Assembly (NCBI GenBank): GCA_001600695.1
Contig: BCKQ01000001.1
Span: 183,392-247,391, forward strand
Direction of reading: 5' to 3'
Length of the DNA stretch: 64,000 nucleotides
DNA from: Ascoidea asiatica JCM 7603
Taxonomy: Eukaryota > Fungi > Ascomycota
This document shows positions 36,351 through 48,318 of the stretch, in pieces (position 1 is the stretch's first letter; each line of letters opens with the position of its first letter). Position numbers and translations under genes: made by a program. The notes beneath the pieces are model-generated. The model worked only from the letters and a program-made list of their open reading frames with translations, searched no databases and was not told the origin of the DNA.

Positions 36351-37589
36351 ATGAAACTTTCAAATTATATTTTATCTACTTTTTCTATTTTAATTTCAGT
36401 TTCAAATGCTGCTTATATTCCTTCAGAACCATGGTCAACTTTAACTCCAACTAAATCTCTTTCTGATGGTATTACTGATTATACTGTAACTTTTGGTATT
36501 GCAATTGAGACTATTGCTAATACTACTACGTCTAGTTCTAGTTTAGCAAAAAGAGCTGTAACTCAAATAACTGATGGTCAAGTTCAAGCTGCTACAACAA
36601 CTTCTTCTTTAACTACATTAACAACAGCTGCTGCAGTAAGCCAAATAAGTGATGGTCAAATACAGGCTACAACTGCTACTACTGTTCAAGCAGTTTCTCA
36701 AATCAGTGATGGACAAATCCAAGCAACTACCGCTACAACTGTTCAAGCTGTCTCCCAAATTAGTGATGGTCAAATCCAAGCAACAACTGCAACACCAGCA
36801 ACTACCGTTCAAGCAGTTTCGCAAATTAGTGATGGGCAAATCCAAGCTACAACTGCAACTACTGTTCAAGCAGTTTCTCAAATCAGTGATGGCCAAGTTC
36901 AAGCTACGACTGCCACAACTGTTCAAGCTGTCTCCCAAATCAGTGACGGACAAGTTCAAGCTACAACCCTTACAACTAAAGCTAGCACTGCTAAAGCTGT
37001 TTCTCAAATTAGTGATGGACAAGTTCAAGCAACAACTGCAACAACTTCTACTTCCACTACTTCTACTAAGTCTGCTGTTTCTCAAATTACTGATGGACAA
37101 GTCCAAGCAACTACAGGAACTACTGCAACTTCTACAACCTCTACCAAATCGGCTGTTTCTCAAATCACTGATGGTCAAGTTCAAGCAACAACTACCACCA
37201 ATACCGAATCCGGATCCACAACTTCTACAAAAACTTCTTCAACAAGTGATGCTGCTGTAACATTTGGCTCTTTTTCTCATGTAGTATCTTGCAAATCTGA
37301 TTCAACTTTATCAATGGTATTAAAGAAAAGTATCTTAACTGATGCCCAAGGAAGAATTGGTTCAATTGTTGCTAATAGACAATTTCAATTTGATGGTCCA
37401 CCTCCACAAGCTGGTGCAATTTATGCAGCTGGTTGGTCTGTTGATCCAGATACTGGTTATTTAACTATAGGTACAAATAGTGTATTTTACCAATGTTTAA
37501 GTGGAACTTTCTATAACTTATATGATGAAGATATTGGATCTGTTTGTTATCCAGTTCACTTGAAAGTTGTTGATTTAATTGACTGTTAA
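36351..37589 (+). CDS. Pir-family cell wall protein (Pir1/Hsp150-like) with 10 internal repeats
   Basis: Signal peptide, [13 protein letters not shown], a Kex2 KR site, 10 x Q-I-[ST]-D-G-Q-[IV]-Q-A, and a C-terminal [30 protein letters not shown] four-Cys domain. Confidence 0.95.
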   Translation: MKLSNYILSTFSILISVSNAAYIPSEPWSTLTPTKSLSDGITDYTVTFGIAIETIANTTTSSSSLAKRAVTQITDGQVQAATTTSSLTTLTTAAAVSQISDGQIQATTATTVQAVSQISDGQIQATTATTVQAVSQISDGQIQATTATPATTVQAVSQISDGQIQATTATTVQAVSQISDGQVQATTATTVQAVSQISDGQVQATTLTTKASTAKAVSQISDGQVQATTATTSTSTTSTKSAVSQITDGQVQATTGTTATSTTSTKSAVSQITDGQVQATTTTNTESGSTTSTKTSSTSDAAVTFGSFSHVVSCKSDSTLSMVLKKSILTDAQGRIGSIVANRQFQFDGPPPQAGAIYAAGWSVDPDTGYLTIGTNSVFYQCLSGTFYNLYDEDIGSVCYPVHLKVVDLIDC

Positions 37590-38432
37590 TGACTATTTAA
37601 CCTTTAAATAAATTTAAACTTTATGTTTTATATTCTTTTTTTCTTATCCACTTTTTAACTTTTAGGTGGTGATAAATTTTTTTTTCTTCTTTTTTTGGTC
37701 TTTTCTATAAATTTCTTATGTTCTACATGGTTATGAACTTTTTGATTTCTTTCAAATATTATTTGCAAAATAATTCTTTGTCGATGGTTATCAGGCTTAT
37801 TCTTTCTTAAATATAATATGAGGTTTTCAATCAAATTTTTTGGGGGTTAGATTTTATTTCATCATTTTATGTCATTTCTTCAGTAATCAATATAGTTTTC
37901 TCATTTTTTCTTTTAGAATTTTTTTCAGTTCTATCAGATTTATTCTTTCTCTGTTTTAAAGTTAATGGAAACAAAATTAATATACAATAAATACAGTATT
38001 TGCATAATTATTAAAATATATTTCAAGAATTTAACTCAGACCTATATTTTGGGTTTCTTTCTTTTATACATTTTGCCACAAAATTGGCGTCAGTTGAAGA
38101 CTGTTTAAGTGTGTAGAAATCTGTACGGGTTGCATTAAGACTTGTGATTACGTAATTTTCAGCAAAAAGGAAAAAATAAAAAAAAACTATTTTTTTATAG
38201 CGGTAAATTTGACTTTATAAAAATTGATGAAAAATAATTTAAATGAATAAAAGTTAATTTTCTTTTTGATTATTCCTCTTTTATTTAACTAGTGTGTCTT
38301 AAATTCTATTTTAAAATTTCAAATTCAGCATTTGCTGTAATAAAAACTATTGTATATAATCCCAAATAAAATTTTCAGGTTATTCAGTAGTTAACTGAAA
38401 TAATTTTATATATGTAACAATATAACTATAAT

Positions 38433-41171
38433 ATGACAATAAGTTTTCAACAAAAAAATCAAATGTCAAATTCAAATCAAGATAAGTCTAGTGATTTAGA
38501 TGATGATAGTTCAATACAATTTATTGATGATGATTCTTCCTATTATCCATCTGATGGGTTGAATGATAATAATATGGATGATATTGATACTAATATTAAT
38601 GAAAGTTCCAATGAAATAATACATGCTAATTCAACTGATTGTTCAATAGATGAATTAAATGCGATATCTGATCAAGTTTCTACTAACTTGATCAATGAAG
38701 ATACAAATAAAACAAAACTTGAACTGGTTTCAAGTTTGGAGAAAGGTGATCTAGCCTTGAATGAAGATTTTATTAGTTTTGATCTTGGTGATTATGATTT
38801 TGGAACAGATGGAGAAGATAATGAAGATTATAAGATAATAAATAATAAAGATGATAATAATACAATAATATCTGAAGAAGAAAGAATAAACCAAAATTAT
38901 CCTTGGTTAAAAGATCATGACCATTCTAAACATAAAGAAATTAAAGATTGGTTAAATGATGAAATTATTGATTTTGTAAACTTTATTTCCCCTTCAAAAG
39001 ATGAAATAATAAAAAGAAATGAATGTTTCAAGAGAATCAAAAAAACCATAACAGAACTTTGGCCAGAAACTGATGTTCATGTATTTGGATCATATGCAAC
39101 AGATTTATATTTACCTGGGTCGGATATTGATATGGTTGTGATAACGAAAGGTAATAGAACAAAAAATAAAGAGAAAAGATCAAATTTATATAATTTATCA
39201 AGTAGATTAAAGAATAGAGGTGTAGCAAGAAATGTTCAAGTTATTGCACATGCAAAAGTTCCAATAATCAAATTTATTGAGATCAAAAGTAATTTTCATG
39301 TCGATATATCATTTGAAAGATCGAATGGTGTAGAAGTTGCTAAATTAATAAGAGAGTGGTTAAACGAATGTCCAGGATTGAGAGAGATAGTTTTAATCAT
39401 CAAGCAATTTTTATCATCAAGAAGATTAAATGATGTTCATCTTGGTGGATTAGGAGGATTTTCAATAATTTGTTTAACATATTCATTTTTAAAATTACAT
39501 CCAAAAGTTTCAATCGGAGAAATTGAACCTTTAGAAAATTTAGGAATTTTGTTAATTGAATTTTTTGAATTATATGGAGTAAATTTTGCATATGATAAAG
39601 TTGGGATTAGTGTTTCAAAAAATGTAAATGAAGGTGGAATATCTTATTTAAAAAAAAATGATTATTTTTCATTAAGAACAAAAAATCCTCAAGGTTTAAG
39701 TATTCAAGATCCGTTAGATAAATTAAATAATATTAGTAGAGGTACTTATAATACTTTAGATATTAAAAAAGCATTTAATGGAGCATTTCAATTATTAACA
39801 CTAAAATGTTTTGAATTAAATCAAGCAAGCTATAAAGAAAGAGTTGGAGAAAGTATATTAGGAAGTGTTATCAAATATAAAGGAGAAAATAGAACTTTTA
39901 AAGATGAAAGAAATCTAATTAAAAATGAAGCAATTAAAGATAATATTTTATATCATGAAAGACAGAGTAAAAAAACTGAGATATATTCAAGAAAATTGAA
40001 AACAGATAATCCTGATGATTATGAGGGGCATTACTTTTTTTCCGATTTATCAGATGATGAAGTGAATAGTAGGATTATAAATACAGAAGAAGTAGTTGAA
40101 AAAAAAAGAAAACGAGAGAAAAAAGAAAAGAAAAGCAAAAAAAGTAAAAAAACAAAAAGTGAAAGTGAAAGTGAAAGTTTAGAATCTAAATATGATAAAG
40201 AATTGTTCATTGGATTAAATAGGGAAGAAAGAAAAAAATTGAAGAAAAAAATAAGAAGACAAAAAAAAAGGGAATTAAAGAGACTAGATAAACAAAAGGG
40301 AAGAGAAGAAGAAGAAGGACAAAAAGAAAATGGAAAAGAAAATGAAAGCTGGTCTCTGGGTGATATTGAAGAAATTGAAGAAATTGAAAATAAAATGGAT
40401 CAAGAGAAAAATGGAATAAATGATAATGAAATTCCCAAAAAGCAAAAGCCTATAGAGATAATAACTATTGGAGATAAAAAAATCAATTTAACGAATATAA
40501 ATATGGGAGAAGTGAAATTGCGGAATTCAAATGAAAATGGTAATATAATTAAAAAAAGAGGAGAATCAAGAGCAAGTAGATATAAAAAAAGAAGACTTCA
40601 ACAAGATTTGATGAAAATTGAAGAATATTTAGGAATTGAAAGTAATCATAGTGATAGTAGTGATGTTATTTCAATTGATGAAACTATTGATATTTCCAGT
40701 AATAAAGATAAAACTCTTAAAAACAAAAGAAAATTGGAACATAATACATCAGAACAACTTATTGAAATAAGTAGTGAAGAAGAAGAAAACGGAGAAAAAA
40801 AGGAAAAAGAACAAGCTAGTGAAATTAGGAGTAGCAAAAGTACCGAAAATAAAAAAAGTAATAGTGAGAAGAGCAGCCCAGAAATAATAGATATAGATAG
40901 TTCTTCATCAGATCTGGAATTTGAGAATAGAAGAAAAATAAGAAAATTGGGTAATATCCTCACCCCAACTGCATCGATTTCGTACAACAAAAGTGAGTTA
41001 ATTTCACAAAAACAGACAAAACTGGTGGGATCGTTAAATGGAACCAAATCCACAAGGAGTAAAAGGAAAAGTTTAGATAAAAAAGCAAAAAGAGAATTCT
41101 GGTTACAGAAAGCTGGAGATTATTCTAATTCCAAGACTTCTATAATTGTGGATCAAAAAGAAATCGCATAA
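38433..41171 (+). CDS. PAP2: Non-canonical poly(A) polymerase Trf4/Trf5 (TRAMP complex)
   Basis: YPWL..HDHS, FGSYATDLYLPGSDIDMVV, AKVPIIKF, LNDVHLGGLGGFS and IQDP..NNISRG. Confidence 0.92.
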   Translation: MTISFQQKNQMSNSNQDKSSDLDDDSSIQFIDDDSSYYPSDGLNDNNMDDIDTNINESSNEIIHANSTDCSIDELNAISDQVSTNLINEDTNKTKLELVSSLEKGDLALNEDFISFDLGDYDFGTDGEDNEDYKIINNKDDNNTIISEEERINQNYPWLKDHDHSKHKEIKDWLNDEIIDFVNFISPSKDEIIKRNECFKRIKKTITELWPETDVHVFGSYATDLYLPGSDIDMVVITKGNRTKNKEKRSNLYNLSSRLKNRGVARNVQVIAHAKVPIIKFIEIKSNFHVDISFERSNGVEVAKLIREWLNECPGLREIVLIIKQFLSSRRLNDVHLGGLGGFSIICLTYSFLKLHPKVSIGEIEPLENLGILLIEFFELYGVNFAYDKVGISVSKNVNEGGISYLKKNDYFSLRTKNPQGLSIQDPLDKLNNISRGTYNTLDIKKAFNGAFQLLTLKCFELNQASYKERVGESILGSVIKYKGENRTFKDERNLIKNEAIKDNILYHERQSKKTEIYSRKLKTDNPDDYEGHYFFSDLSDDEVNSRIINTEEVVEKKRKREKKEKKSKKSKKTKSESESESLESKYDKELFIGLNREERKKLKKKIRRQKKRELKRLDKQKGREEEEGQKENGKENESWSLGDIEEIEEIENKMDQEKNGINDNEIPKKQKPIEIITIGDKKINLTNINMGEVKLRNSNENGNIIKKRGESRASRYKKRRLQQDLMKIEEYLGIESNHSDSSDVISIDETIDISSNKDKTLKNKRKLEHNTSEQLIEISSEEEENGEKKEKEQASEIRSSKSTENKKSNSEKSSPEIIDIDSSSSDLEFENRRKIRKLGNILTPTASISYNKSELISQKQTKLVGSLNGTKSTRSKRKSLDKKAKREFWLQKAGDYSNSKTSIIVDQKEIA

Positions 41172-42219
41172 GAAGTAATTTGAATTTGTACAGGTTTTGA
41201 AATGTAGATTAGATTAGAAAGTTAGACTAATAAAATAAAATTAACCAACACAAATTTCGTAAAGTAGACCTTTCAATTTTTTATATCTCTAGGTAGGAAC
41301 ACGAATATATATTGGAAACCCGCAAAAGTGGATTCTTTTTATAAAGTACTCAAACGTTGAAAAAAACATATAAACGTTAGCTCTGCATTACACTACATTA
41401 ATAAAGTACCGCGGCTTTTCCGCGGAGAATAAAACCAGCTGGAGCTCCGGTAAGCTCCGGTCTGTTATAACCCACATTTACCAGCATCTAACAGTGTAGC
41501 ACTTTCACAGCTAGTTGCCTTCTAATGCTTTGGTTTGGTGCTGCTCTGCCGATTTCCTCGAATGTGAGTTTTTTAACTCTGGCATCGACAATCGACAGAA
41601 GATAATTTGCCATTGGTGGATGCACTTCGAAAAAATTTATTTTTATTTAGTAACTGCTTGTAAAAGAATATATATTTCTTTAAATTATTTTTCAGATTTA
41701 GAGACAAATACTGCCATTTAATGAATATAGTTATCTTATCATTTCAATTGACTTAACTGTTAAAAATTTAATGTTGAATTGCTCCATTTTTTCCAGTTTT
41801 AGAGCCTTACTCATTTGGCCAAAAGCCAAAAAAAGTTTCGTATTCTTTATTTATCACTTAACTTTGTTCTCGCTTCTCCATAATTTTTGCAACACCCATT
41901 TATTATTCATGTTCTAAATAAGGTTAATTAATCCCAATTCTAATCCCAAATCAAATTGAGATTCAAATTGTTGTATCCCTTGATTTAGTTTTCTTTTTTT
42001 TTATTCTTTTTAACTTTTTGAAATTAAAAACTTAATACAAGAATTTCGAGTAAAGATAAATCTTCAATTTTATATAAAAATATCAAAAGGCCCTTATATT
42101 TTTTTAATTTCTAATTTTCACTCTCCCTAATACATCTCTATACTAATAAGCAAATATATTACCTTAATATAAAAAAATTCTAATAATTTTTTTTCATATA
42201 AAATAGAGTATATTTTACA

Positions 42220-43842
42220 ATGAAATTAACTTCTCTATTAACCTCATTGTGGATTTTATCACCTATTTCTTTAATTTCTGCTGATACTTCAACTTCTTCA
42301 AATTCGACTTCAGGTTTAAAGACTGTGGGATCATATATTTTTGGTCGTCATAATGATAGAGTTCAAAAACCCAAACCAAAATACTTAACTCCATTAGGCG
42401 CTGTTGGTCAATATAATAATGGTGTATTTTATAGAAAAAGATATTTTGGTTTAGATAGTGAAAACAATGAGATTTCAACAAATTCAAAAATTAGTGGTTT
42501 AAATACTTACGGTTTTTTTAAAGATGGTGATATTTATTGTGAAGTTTCAAATTCAAATGTTTTATATTTTAGTCATTTAAGTTTTTTACAAGGTTTATAT
42601 CCTCCAATTGAAGTAACTTCTGATAATTATAAAGAAAGTCAAATTTTTGTTGATGAAAATTATACAATTTCAAACGGTTCAATTATTAATTATCCTTTAG
42701 GTGGCTATCAATATGTTGATACTAATTTATTAGACGATGATAATGAAGAAGTTATTTATCTTAAAGCTGATGAAAATTGTCCATCTTTAACAAATGCTGT
42801 AAATTCAGTAATTGAAAATAATTCAGTTTATCTAAGCTATAAAAATGAAAGTTATTCATTTTATAAATCTTTAGTTGATGAATTTGCTGAAATTCAATTA
42901 AGATATAATGAATCAACAATTGGTTTTGATGTTTCAATGGATTTATATGATTATATTAATGTTAATACAATTCATAATTCTACTTTTGCAAAAACTTTCA
43001 ATACTTCAATCATTACAAAAATCAAATATTATGCAGATGCATATCAATGGTTAATTTCCGATAATTCAATTAACTCAAATTTAACAATTGGTGCTCAAGG
43101 TATAATTTTAAGAGTTATTGAAAGATTAAATAATACAATGATTAATAAATCACCATATTTATATTATGGTACTGGATCGTTTAATAATTTATATCAATTA
43201 TCAAGTTTATTACAATTGTATAAAATCAATGATAGTTTCAAAACAATGCCAGATTATGGAGCAACTTATGTATTTGAATTATTAAAATCAAATTCAAATG
43301 ATTCATATTATGTACAATTTCTATTCAAAAATGGTACAGATTCGACAGATGAATTAAAAGCATATCCTTTATTCAATAATAATGAAACGGTTTTATCATG
43401 GGATGATTTTTACGATGACATGTCAAATGTCTCAATTGGCAGTGTTGAAAACTGGTGCTCAAAATGTGGTAATTTAGATGATGATACAGATATTGAATTT
43501 TGTATTCCATATACAGAAATGTATTCAGATGCTTTATCATTAATTAATGATGGTGTTGATTTAGATGAAATTGCTAGTAAAGATTACTCATCTTTGAACA
43601 TAACTACCACTACTAATTCAAGCTCAAGCTCAACTTCAAATAAAAACAATGGAAGTAATTTAACATTAGCTCAAGCAGGAGGAATTGGAGCAGCTGTTAC
43701 AATTGGAACGTTCGCTTTATTAACTGGACTAATTCTATTAAGTTTTTTCAAAAAAGGTAAAAAAAAGACTGATGAAAATCATGTTTTACCAGTAAGTGAA
43801 CATGAAAATTTAGAGAAAGTTTCTCAAACCTCTACTAATTAA
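42220..43842 (+). CDS. Membrane-anchored histidine acid phosphatase-like protein
   Basis: Signal peptide, RHNDR (RHGxR-like), LTPLG, YPLGGYQY, PDYGA, FKNGT, WCSKC and a C-terminal TM AGGIGAAVTIG. Confidence 0.8.
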   Translation: MKLTSLLTSLWILSPISLISADTSTSSNSTSGLKTVGSYIFGRHNDRVQKPKPKYLTPLGAVGQYNNGVFYRKRYFGLDSENNEISTNSKISGLNTYGFFKDGDIYCEVSNSNVLYFSHLSFLQGLYPPIEVTSDNYKESQIFVDENYTISNGSIINYPLGGYQYVDTNLLDDDNEEVIYLKADENCPSLTNAVNSVIENNSVYLSYKNESYSFYKSLVDEFAEIQLRYNESTIGFDVSMDLYDYINVNTIHNSTFAKTFNTSIITKIKYYADAYQWLISDNSINSNLTIGAQGIILRVIERLNNTMINKSPYLYYGTGSFNNLYQLSSLLQLYKINDSFKTMPDYGATYVFELLKSNSNDSYYVQFLFKNGTDSTDELKAYPLFNNNETVLSWDDFYDDMSNVSIGSVENWCSKCGNLDDDTDIEFCIPYTEMYSDALSLINDGVDLDEIASKDYSSLNITTTTNSSSSSTSNKNNGSNLTLAQAGGIGAAVTIGTFALLTGLILLSFFKKGKKKTDENHVLPVSEHENLEKVSQTSTN

Positions 43843-44769
43843 AATAGGTATTGTTGAGTACATATTTCAAAATATATTTTATTGGAAAATTTGATTTTGC
43901 TTTTATTTTTATTAACTTTTTATTTGTTATTTGATTTCATAATTCTTTTCTATGGTTTTATATATTTTTTATTTATATCTTAATGCTTTTTCTTAAATTT
44001 TACGAAATAAATTTTATCATTTTTCGCTTTACATAATGAATACAACACAATAGGATTAATAATCGGATTAACTACCGGATAAGCAATATCATTGAAGAAC
44101 CCCGTAAAGTCTAAACAGAGACATTGGGCCTATCCAACCAAGGGGTCTGGGAAGAGATGGTGAATATTTAGGGCAAACAATTTTGGGCAAAATGCTAATA
44201 AAAAATAAGAAATCGCGCAACTGATCTCTCTAACGCTTTTTTGAAGTCATGCACGCATTTTTAATTGAATTAAATTAAAAAAAGCACGCTGCATTCGGCT
44301 TTATCAAACTAGGCTATAATTACGCCACAGATACATCAAGTGTGGCAAATGACTCTTGCAAACTCGCTTTTGTATTCTTAGTTACCGATGAACCCTTTAA
44401 TTTTGCCTAGTTTCCGGGGCTTTTATAGATCCGCAGATTTAATTTTTTTGTTAACTGTCTGAAATTTCGCGCTGATTAATTTAAGCCTGTGAAATTGATA
44501 ATTTCAAGTTCTATTAAATAACAAAATCATCAATAGTTTACAAATAGATAGATATTTCTTTATTTTTTTTTATTTCCACTTAAATCAAAACAATCTATCA
44601 ATCATAAACTTTTGATAAATTCGCTTTCAAAATAGGTTATTTTGTTATTAACAATACTGTTTTTCTATCTTTTTTTCACAGTCTCCAAGATTTAAAGGTT
44701 TACTGTCCAATCTGGGTGTAATATAAAGTTTTTTCTTTCAACTACTGATAATATCAGATTTTCATAATT

Positions 44770-47700
44770 ATGTTAATAAATAATCAACAGCATAATAATC
44801 AGTATAATCTTCAAACTTATGGCAATATAAATGGTAATAATAATTCGAATAATTCTATTCCTTCTTCTTTTTTTAGAAATCTAAGATATAGACTGATAAG
44901 TTTTCTTAAATTTATAAGATTAAGCTCAAGATTTAGTAAAAAAAAAATCATTTATTTAAGTGGATTTTCTCTCCTTTTTTCTCTATTAATAATAATATCC
45001 ATATTTAGTAAAGCAAGAGGAGGATATTTGAATTCTATAATACCGATAAATCAATTAGATAACTTTCAAAATAATCATGACAATAAAACAAATACTCAAA
45101 ATAATGTACATGATAGTAACAAAAATTTCAAATTTAATGTCAACTTCAATTTCTCAAATAATGACATTACATTAACCAACTTATCATTAAATATAGACCT
45201 TTTATTACAAAGTGACGAAGATAATAATATCGATTACAAAGATGTAATAAATGATTATAATTTTTTAAATAACATTAATAATCAATCGATTGAATCAATT
45301 AATTTGAATAATTCAATGTCCAAACTAGATTTATATTATCACAATAATAACGATAACTTCGATCCGAGAACTTTACCTACTTTTTGGTTATATTTAATTA
45401 ACCAAAATTTCATTATAAATAATTTAATTCAATTCAATAAAAATACTAATGAATTTTCCTTTAATTCATTGAAAGAATTAAAATTACCTTTTAATTGGAA
45501 TTTATTAATCAATTATTCAAAATATTTCAAAAATAATTATTATTATAACTTAATTTCAAGAGATAAGAAATTCAATTGTAAAAAATTTTATAATTTAGAT
45601 AATCAAGTTAAGCAGGAATTTACTTTAAATGAATTTGAATCAAAAATCTGTAAAAATTTCAATAAATTAAGTAAAAATCAAAATCAAAATGAGAATTATT
45701 ATAATTTACCCTTTAAATTAATAAATAAAATTGATACATATACTGAAGATTATGATTTTAGAAAATTATTTGGTTTCATTTATGGCTTAACTGGTTTAAG
45801 ATCACCTAAAAATATATTTCTATTAAATATAATCAATAATGATATCAATAATGATAGCCAACCTTCAATTGATTCTTCAAATTATTTAAAAAATAAAGTT
45901 TCTTTATTAGTTCCAACTTACAATGTAAATAATGGATATAATGATTTAAGAAAGGACAGAGTTAGTGAAATTTCTTATATTGATACATTGTCTGATTTTT
46001 ATATCAATTTAAATCACAAATTATCAGGTTCAACCTCTAATGAAGATGAATTTTCACAATATTTGTTGAATAATGGTTTGAATTCTTATAATGAAATAAA
46101 AAAATTAAATAAGTTCTTTGATTTATCAAAAAGTTCTAATGAAATAATAGATATTTATAAAAGCAATTCTGATATTGATTTCAAATTTTTTAATCAATTT
46201 CTTTTACTTAATTCTTCGAATCCAGTTAAATTAAACTTAAACCAGCCTATAAATGCCGATAATTCTTTATTCAATTGGAATTTATCAAACGAAGTTCAAA
46301 ATCTAAACAACTTGCAAAATTCCTTTGAAGAAAATAATTTAGAAAAAAATAATCTAGATATAAATCAGTTAAATCATCTTATATCCTTATCAAATAAAAG
46401 ATCAAATAAAGTTTATATCAACGAAGATAGATATTTCGGGCTACCTTCAACTCAACCAATAAATTTAGATCATTATGATTTCAGATTTTTCAATAAAATA
46501 ACAAAAGACAATCAAGATTTGCATTTAACTATATTGAACAGGTTAGTCAGAGTTTGGTTCAAGTTATGTTTGGAATTTAATATACCTACTTGGATTAATC
46601 ATGGTCCAATAATAGGATGGTATTTTAATGGACTATCTTTACCTTGGGATGCTGATCTTGATGTTCAATTACCTATTCAATCATTATACAAATTATCGAA
46701 ATTAATTAATGATACTTTAATTTATGACTATTCCGATTATGATAATTTAACAAAAGATGATAAAGATAATAAGATAAATTCTAATGCCGAATTTGGATTG
46801 AGAGGTTTTTATTTTGAAATAAATGCTAATTTCCTTCTAAGAAATCAATACATGAATCAAAATGTGAATAATATTGATGCTAGAATTATTGATATTCAAT
46901 CGGGTGTTTATATTGATATAACTGCTTTAGCAGATTTTAATTCTCAAACAAATGATGAATTGATTACAAAATTAACTTTAGTTGATAGTTATACTCCAAA
47001 CGAGTTAAATAAGTTAGCAAAGGCTAAATATTATAATGAATTTTATGAAGGCATAAGATTAATAGATTCTTTACGAGATTCTCTTTATGGTAGGAAAAAA
47101 GCAATACATTCTCAAACTCTAAATGTTTTATCACCAATCTTGGATGAAATTGAAAATTTTAAAAAGTTATTAATTTCTGTTTCAAGTGATGACAAAGAAC
47201 TATCTGAATTGTTAACGCAATATGACGAAAATAATGAAAACAATGAAGATAGTGAATCGGATTCAAGCTATGTGCATGATAGTCCAATTGATGAACATTT
47301 AGGTACCAAGTTGGATGGGATTGATATCAATGATATTGATTTTGATAATGATAAAAGAATTGGTAAAATCGAGGATTTTGATTATGAACCGTATTTTCCT
47401 CCTTCAATTGACTTAAAAAACTCTAATGTATATAAAAAAACTAACCAGATATTCAATGATTTTTTTGAAGGTTTAGTTCATTGTAGAAATTATCATTTTT
47501 ACAAAGTTGGAGAATTATTTCCACTAATACCAACATATTATGAAAATTCAATTTCATACTTGCCATCTAATTTTTTAAAAAATATAATTATTGAGTATGA
47601 CACTAAATCAATAAATAAACCTGAATTCAATGGATATAAATTTTTTAAATACTTAAATTTATGGATCACTCCAGATGACTGTGAATTCAAAAGAATGTCT

Positions 47701-48318
47701 GTTGAAGGGGGGATTGGTGGTAACTTCAATGAAACAATGGAAGATCCAGATTATGATGAGAATGATATGGATAATATTTCAGGAGTTGAAGTTGATGAGG
47801 ATTCAAAACCTTTTGATAAATCCAATAATAAAAAGATAAAAAATGAAGATGAATCAAATTCTTTAAAAGATAAGAGAGAAATAACTGAATTTGAGTATAA
47901 TAATATAAATGTGTATGATACTAAAGAAGAAGAGCCTGATGTCAGTAATTTTGAGAAAAAATTAGGTAAAAACTGTTTCATAACAAATAAAGATATTGCA
48001 AAGGAATTTAGGCGATTTAAAGAATATTTTTTGTTGCATCAACAAGAAATTATGAAATTGCTTGAAATCGCAGACAATAAGCAAAACATAGATAGAATCA
48101 AAGAAGTAAATTCGAAAATTGAACATGATTATGCAAGTGACTATGGAGATGGTCGTAGTGGGTTAATAAAATATGATGAAAATCAAATGAAAGAGATATT
48201 GAACAGATTTGATGGTACTTTGTTGAGGCCGGATCCATTTTTGGTCGAGAAATATTATTCAAAAGACTCAACAGAAGATGATATTGATTTTGGTGATTAT
48301 ATTCAGGAAATGCTATGA
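44770..48318 (+). CDS. Mnn4/LicD-family type II membrane protein, paralog B
   Basis: N-terminal TM, HYDFRFF, WINHGPIIGWYFNGLSLPWDADLDVQLP and IDARIIDIQSGVYIDITAL. Colinear with 2026-6021. Confidence 0.85.
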   Translation: MLINNQQHNNQYNLQTYGNINGNNNSNNSIPSSFFRNLRYRLISFLKFIRLSSRFSKKKIIYLSGFSLLFSLLIIISIFSKARGGYLNSIIPINQLDNFQNNHDNKTNTQNNVHDSNKNFKFNVNFNFSNNDITLTNLSLNIDLLLQSDEDNNIDYKDVINDYNFLNNINNQSIESINLNNSMSKLDLYYHNNNDNFDPRTLPTFWLYLINQNFIINNLIQFNKNTNEFSFNSLKELKLPFNWNLLINYSKYFKNNYYYNLISRDKKFNCKKFYNLDNQVKQEFTLNEFESKICKNFNKLSKNQNQNENYYNLPFKLINKIDTYTEDYDFRKLFGFIYGLTGLRSPKNIFLLNIINNDINNDSQPSIDSSNYLKNKVSLLVPTYNVNNGYNDLRKDRVSEISYIDTLSDFYINLNHKLSGSTSNEDEFSQYLLNNGLNSYNEIKKLNKFFDLSKSSNEIIDIYKSNSDIDFKFFNQFLLLNSSNPVKLNLNQPINADNSLFNWNLSNEVQNLNNLQNSFEENNLEKNNLDINQLNHLISLSNKRSNKVYINEDRYFGLPSTQPINLDHYDFRFFNKITKDNQDLHLTILNRLVRVWFKLCLEFNIPTWINHGPIIGWYFNGLSLPWDADLDVQLPIQSLYKLSKLINDTLIYDYSDYDNLTKDDKDNKINSNAEFGLRGFYFEINANFLLRNQYMNQNVNNIDARIIDIQSGVYIDITALADFNSQTNDELITKLTLVDSYTPNELNKLAKAKYYNEFYEGIRLIDSLRDSLYGRKKAIHSQTLNVLSPILDEIENFKKLLISVSSDDKELSELLTQYDENNENNEDSESDSSYVHDSPIDEHLGTKLDGIDINDIDFDNDKRIGKIEDFDYEPYFPPSIDLKNSNVYKKTNQIFNDFFEGLVHCRNYHFYKVGELFPLIPTYYENSISYLPSNFLKNIIIEYDTKSINKPEFNGYKFFKYLNLWITPDDCEFKRMSVEGGIGGNFNETMEDPDYDENDMDNISGVEVDEDSKPFDKSNNKKIKNEDESNSLKDKREITEFEYNNINVYDTKEEEPDVSNFEKKLGKNCFITNKDIAKEFRRFKEYFLLHQQEIMKLLEIADNKQNIDRIKEVNSKIEHDYASDYGDGRSGLIKYDENQMKEILNRFDGTLLRPDPFLVEKYYSKDSTEDDIDFGDYIQEML

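Noticed and set aside
36570-37200. Regularly spaced repeats (CRISPR-like) and two overlapping ORFs of 188 and 203 aa
   Set aside because: These are coding Pir repeats with synonymous variation, and the extra ORFs are shadow frames.
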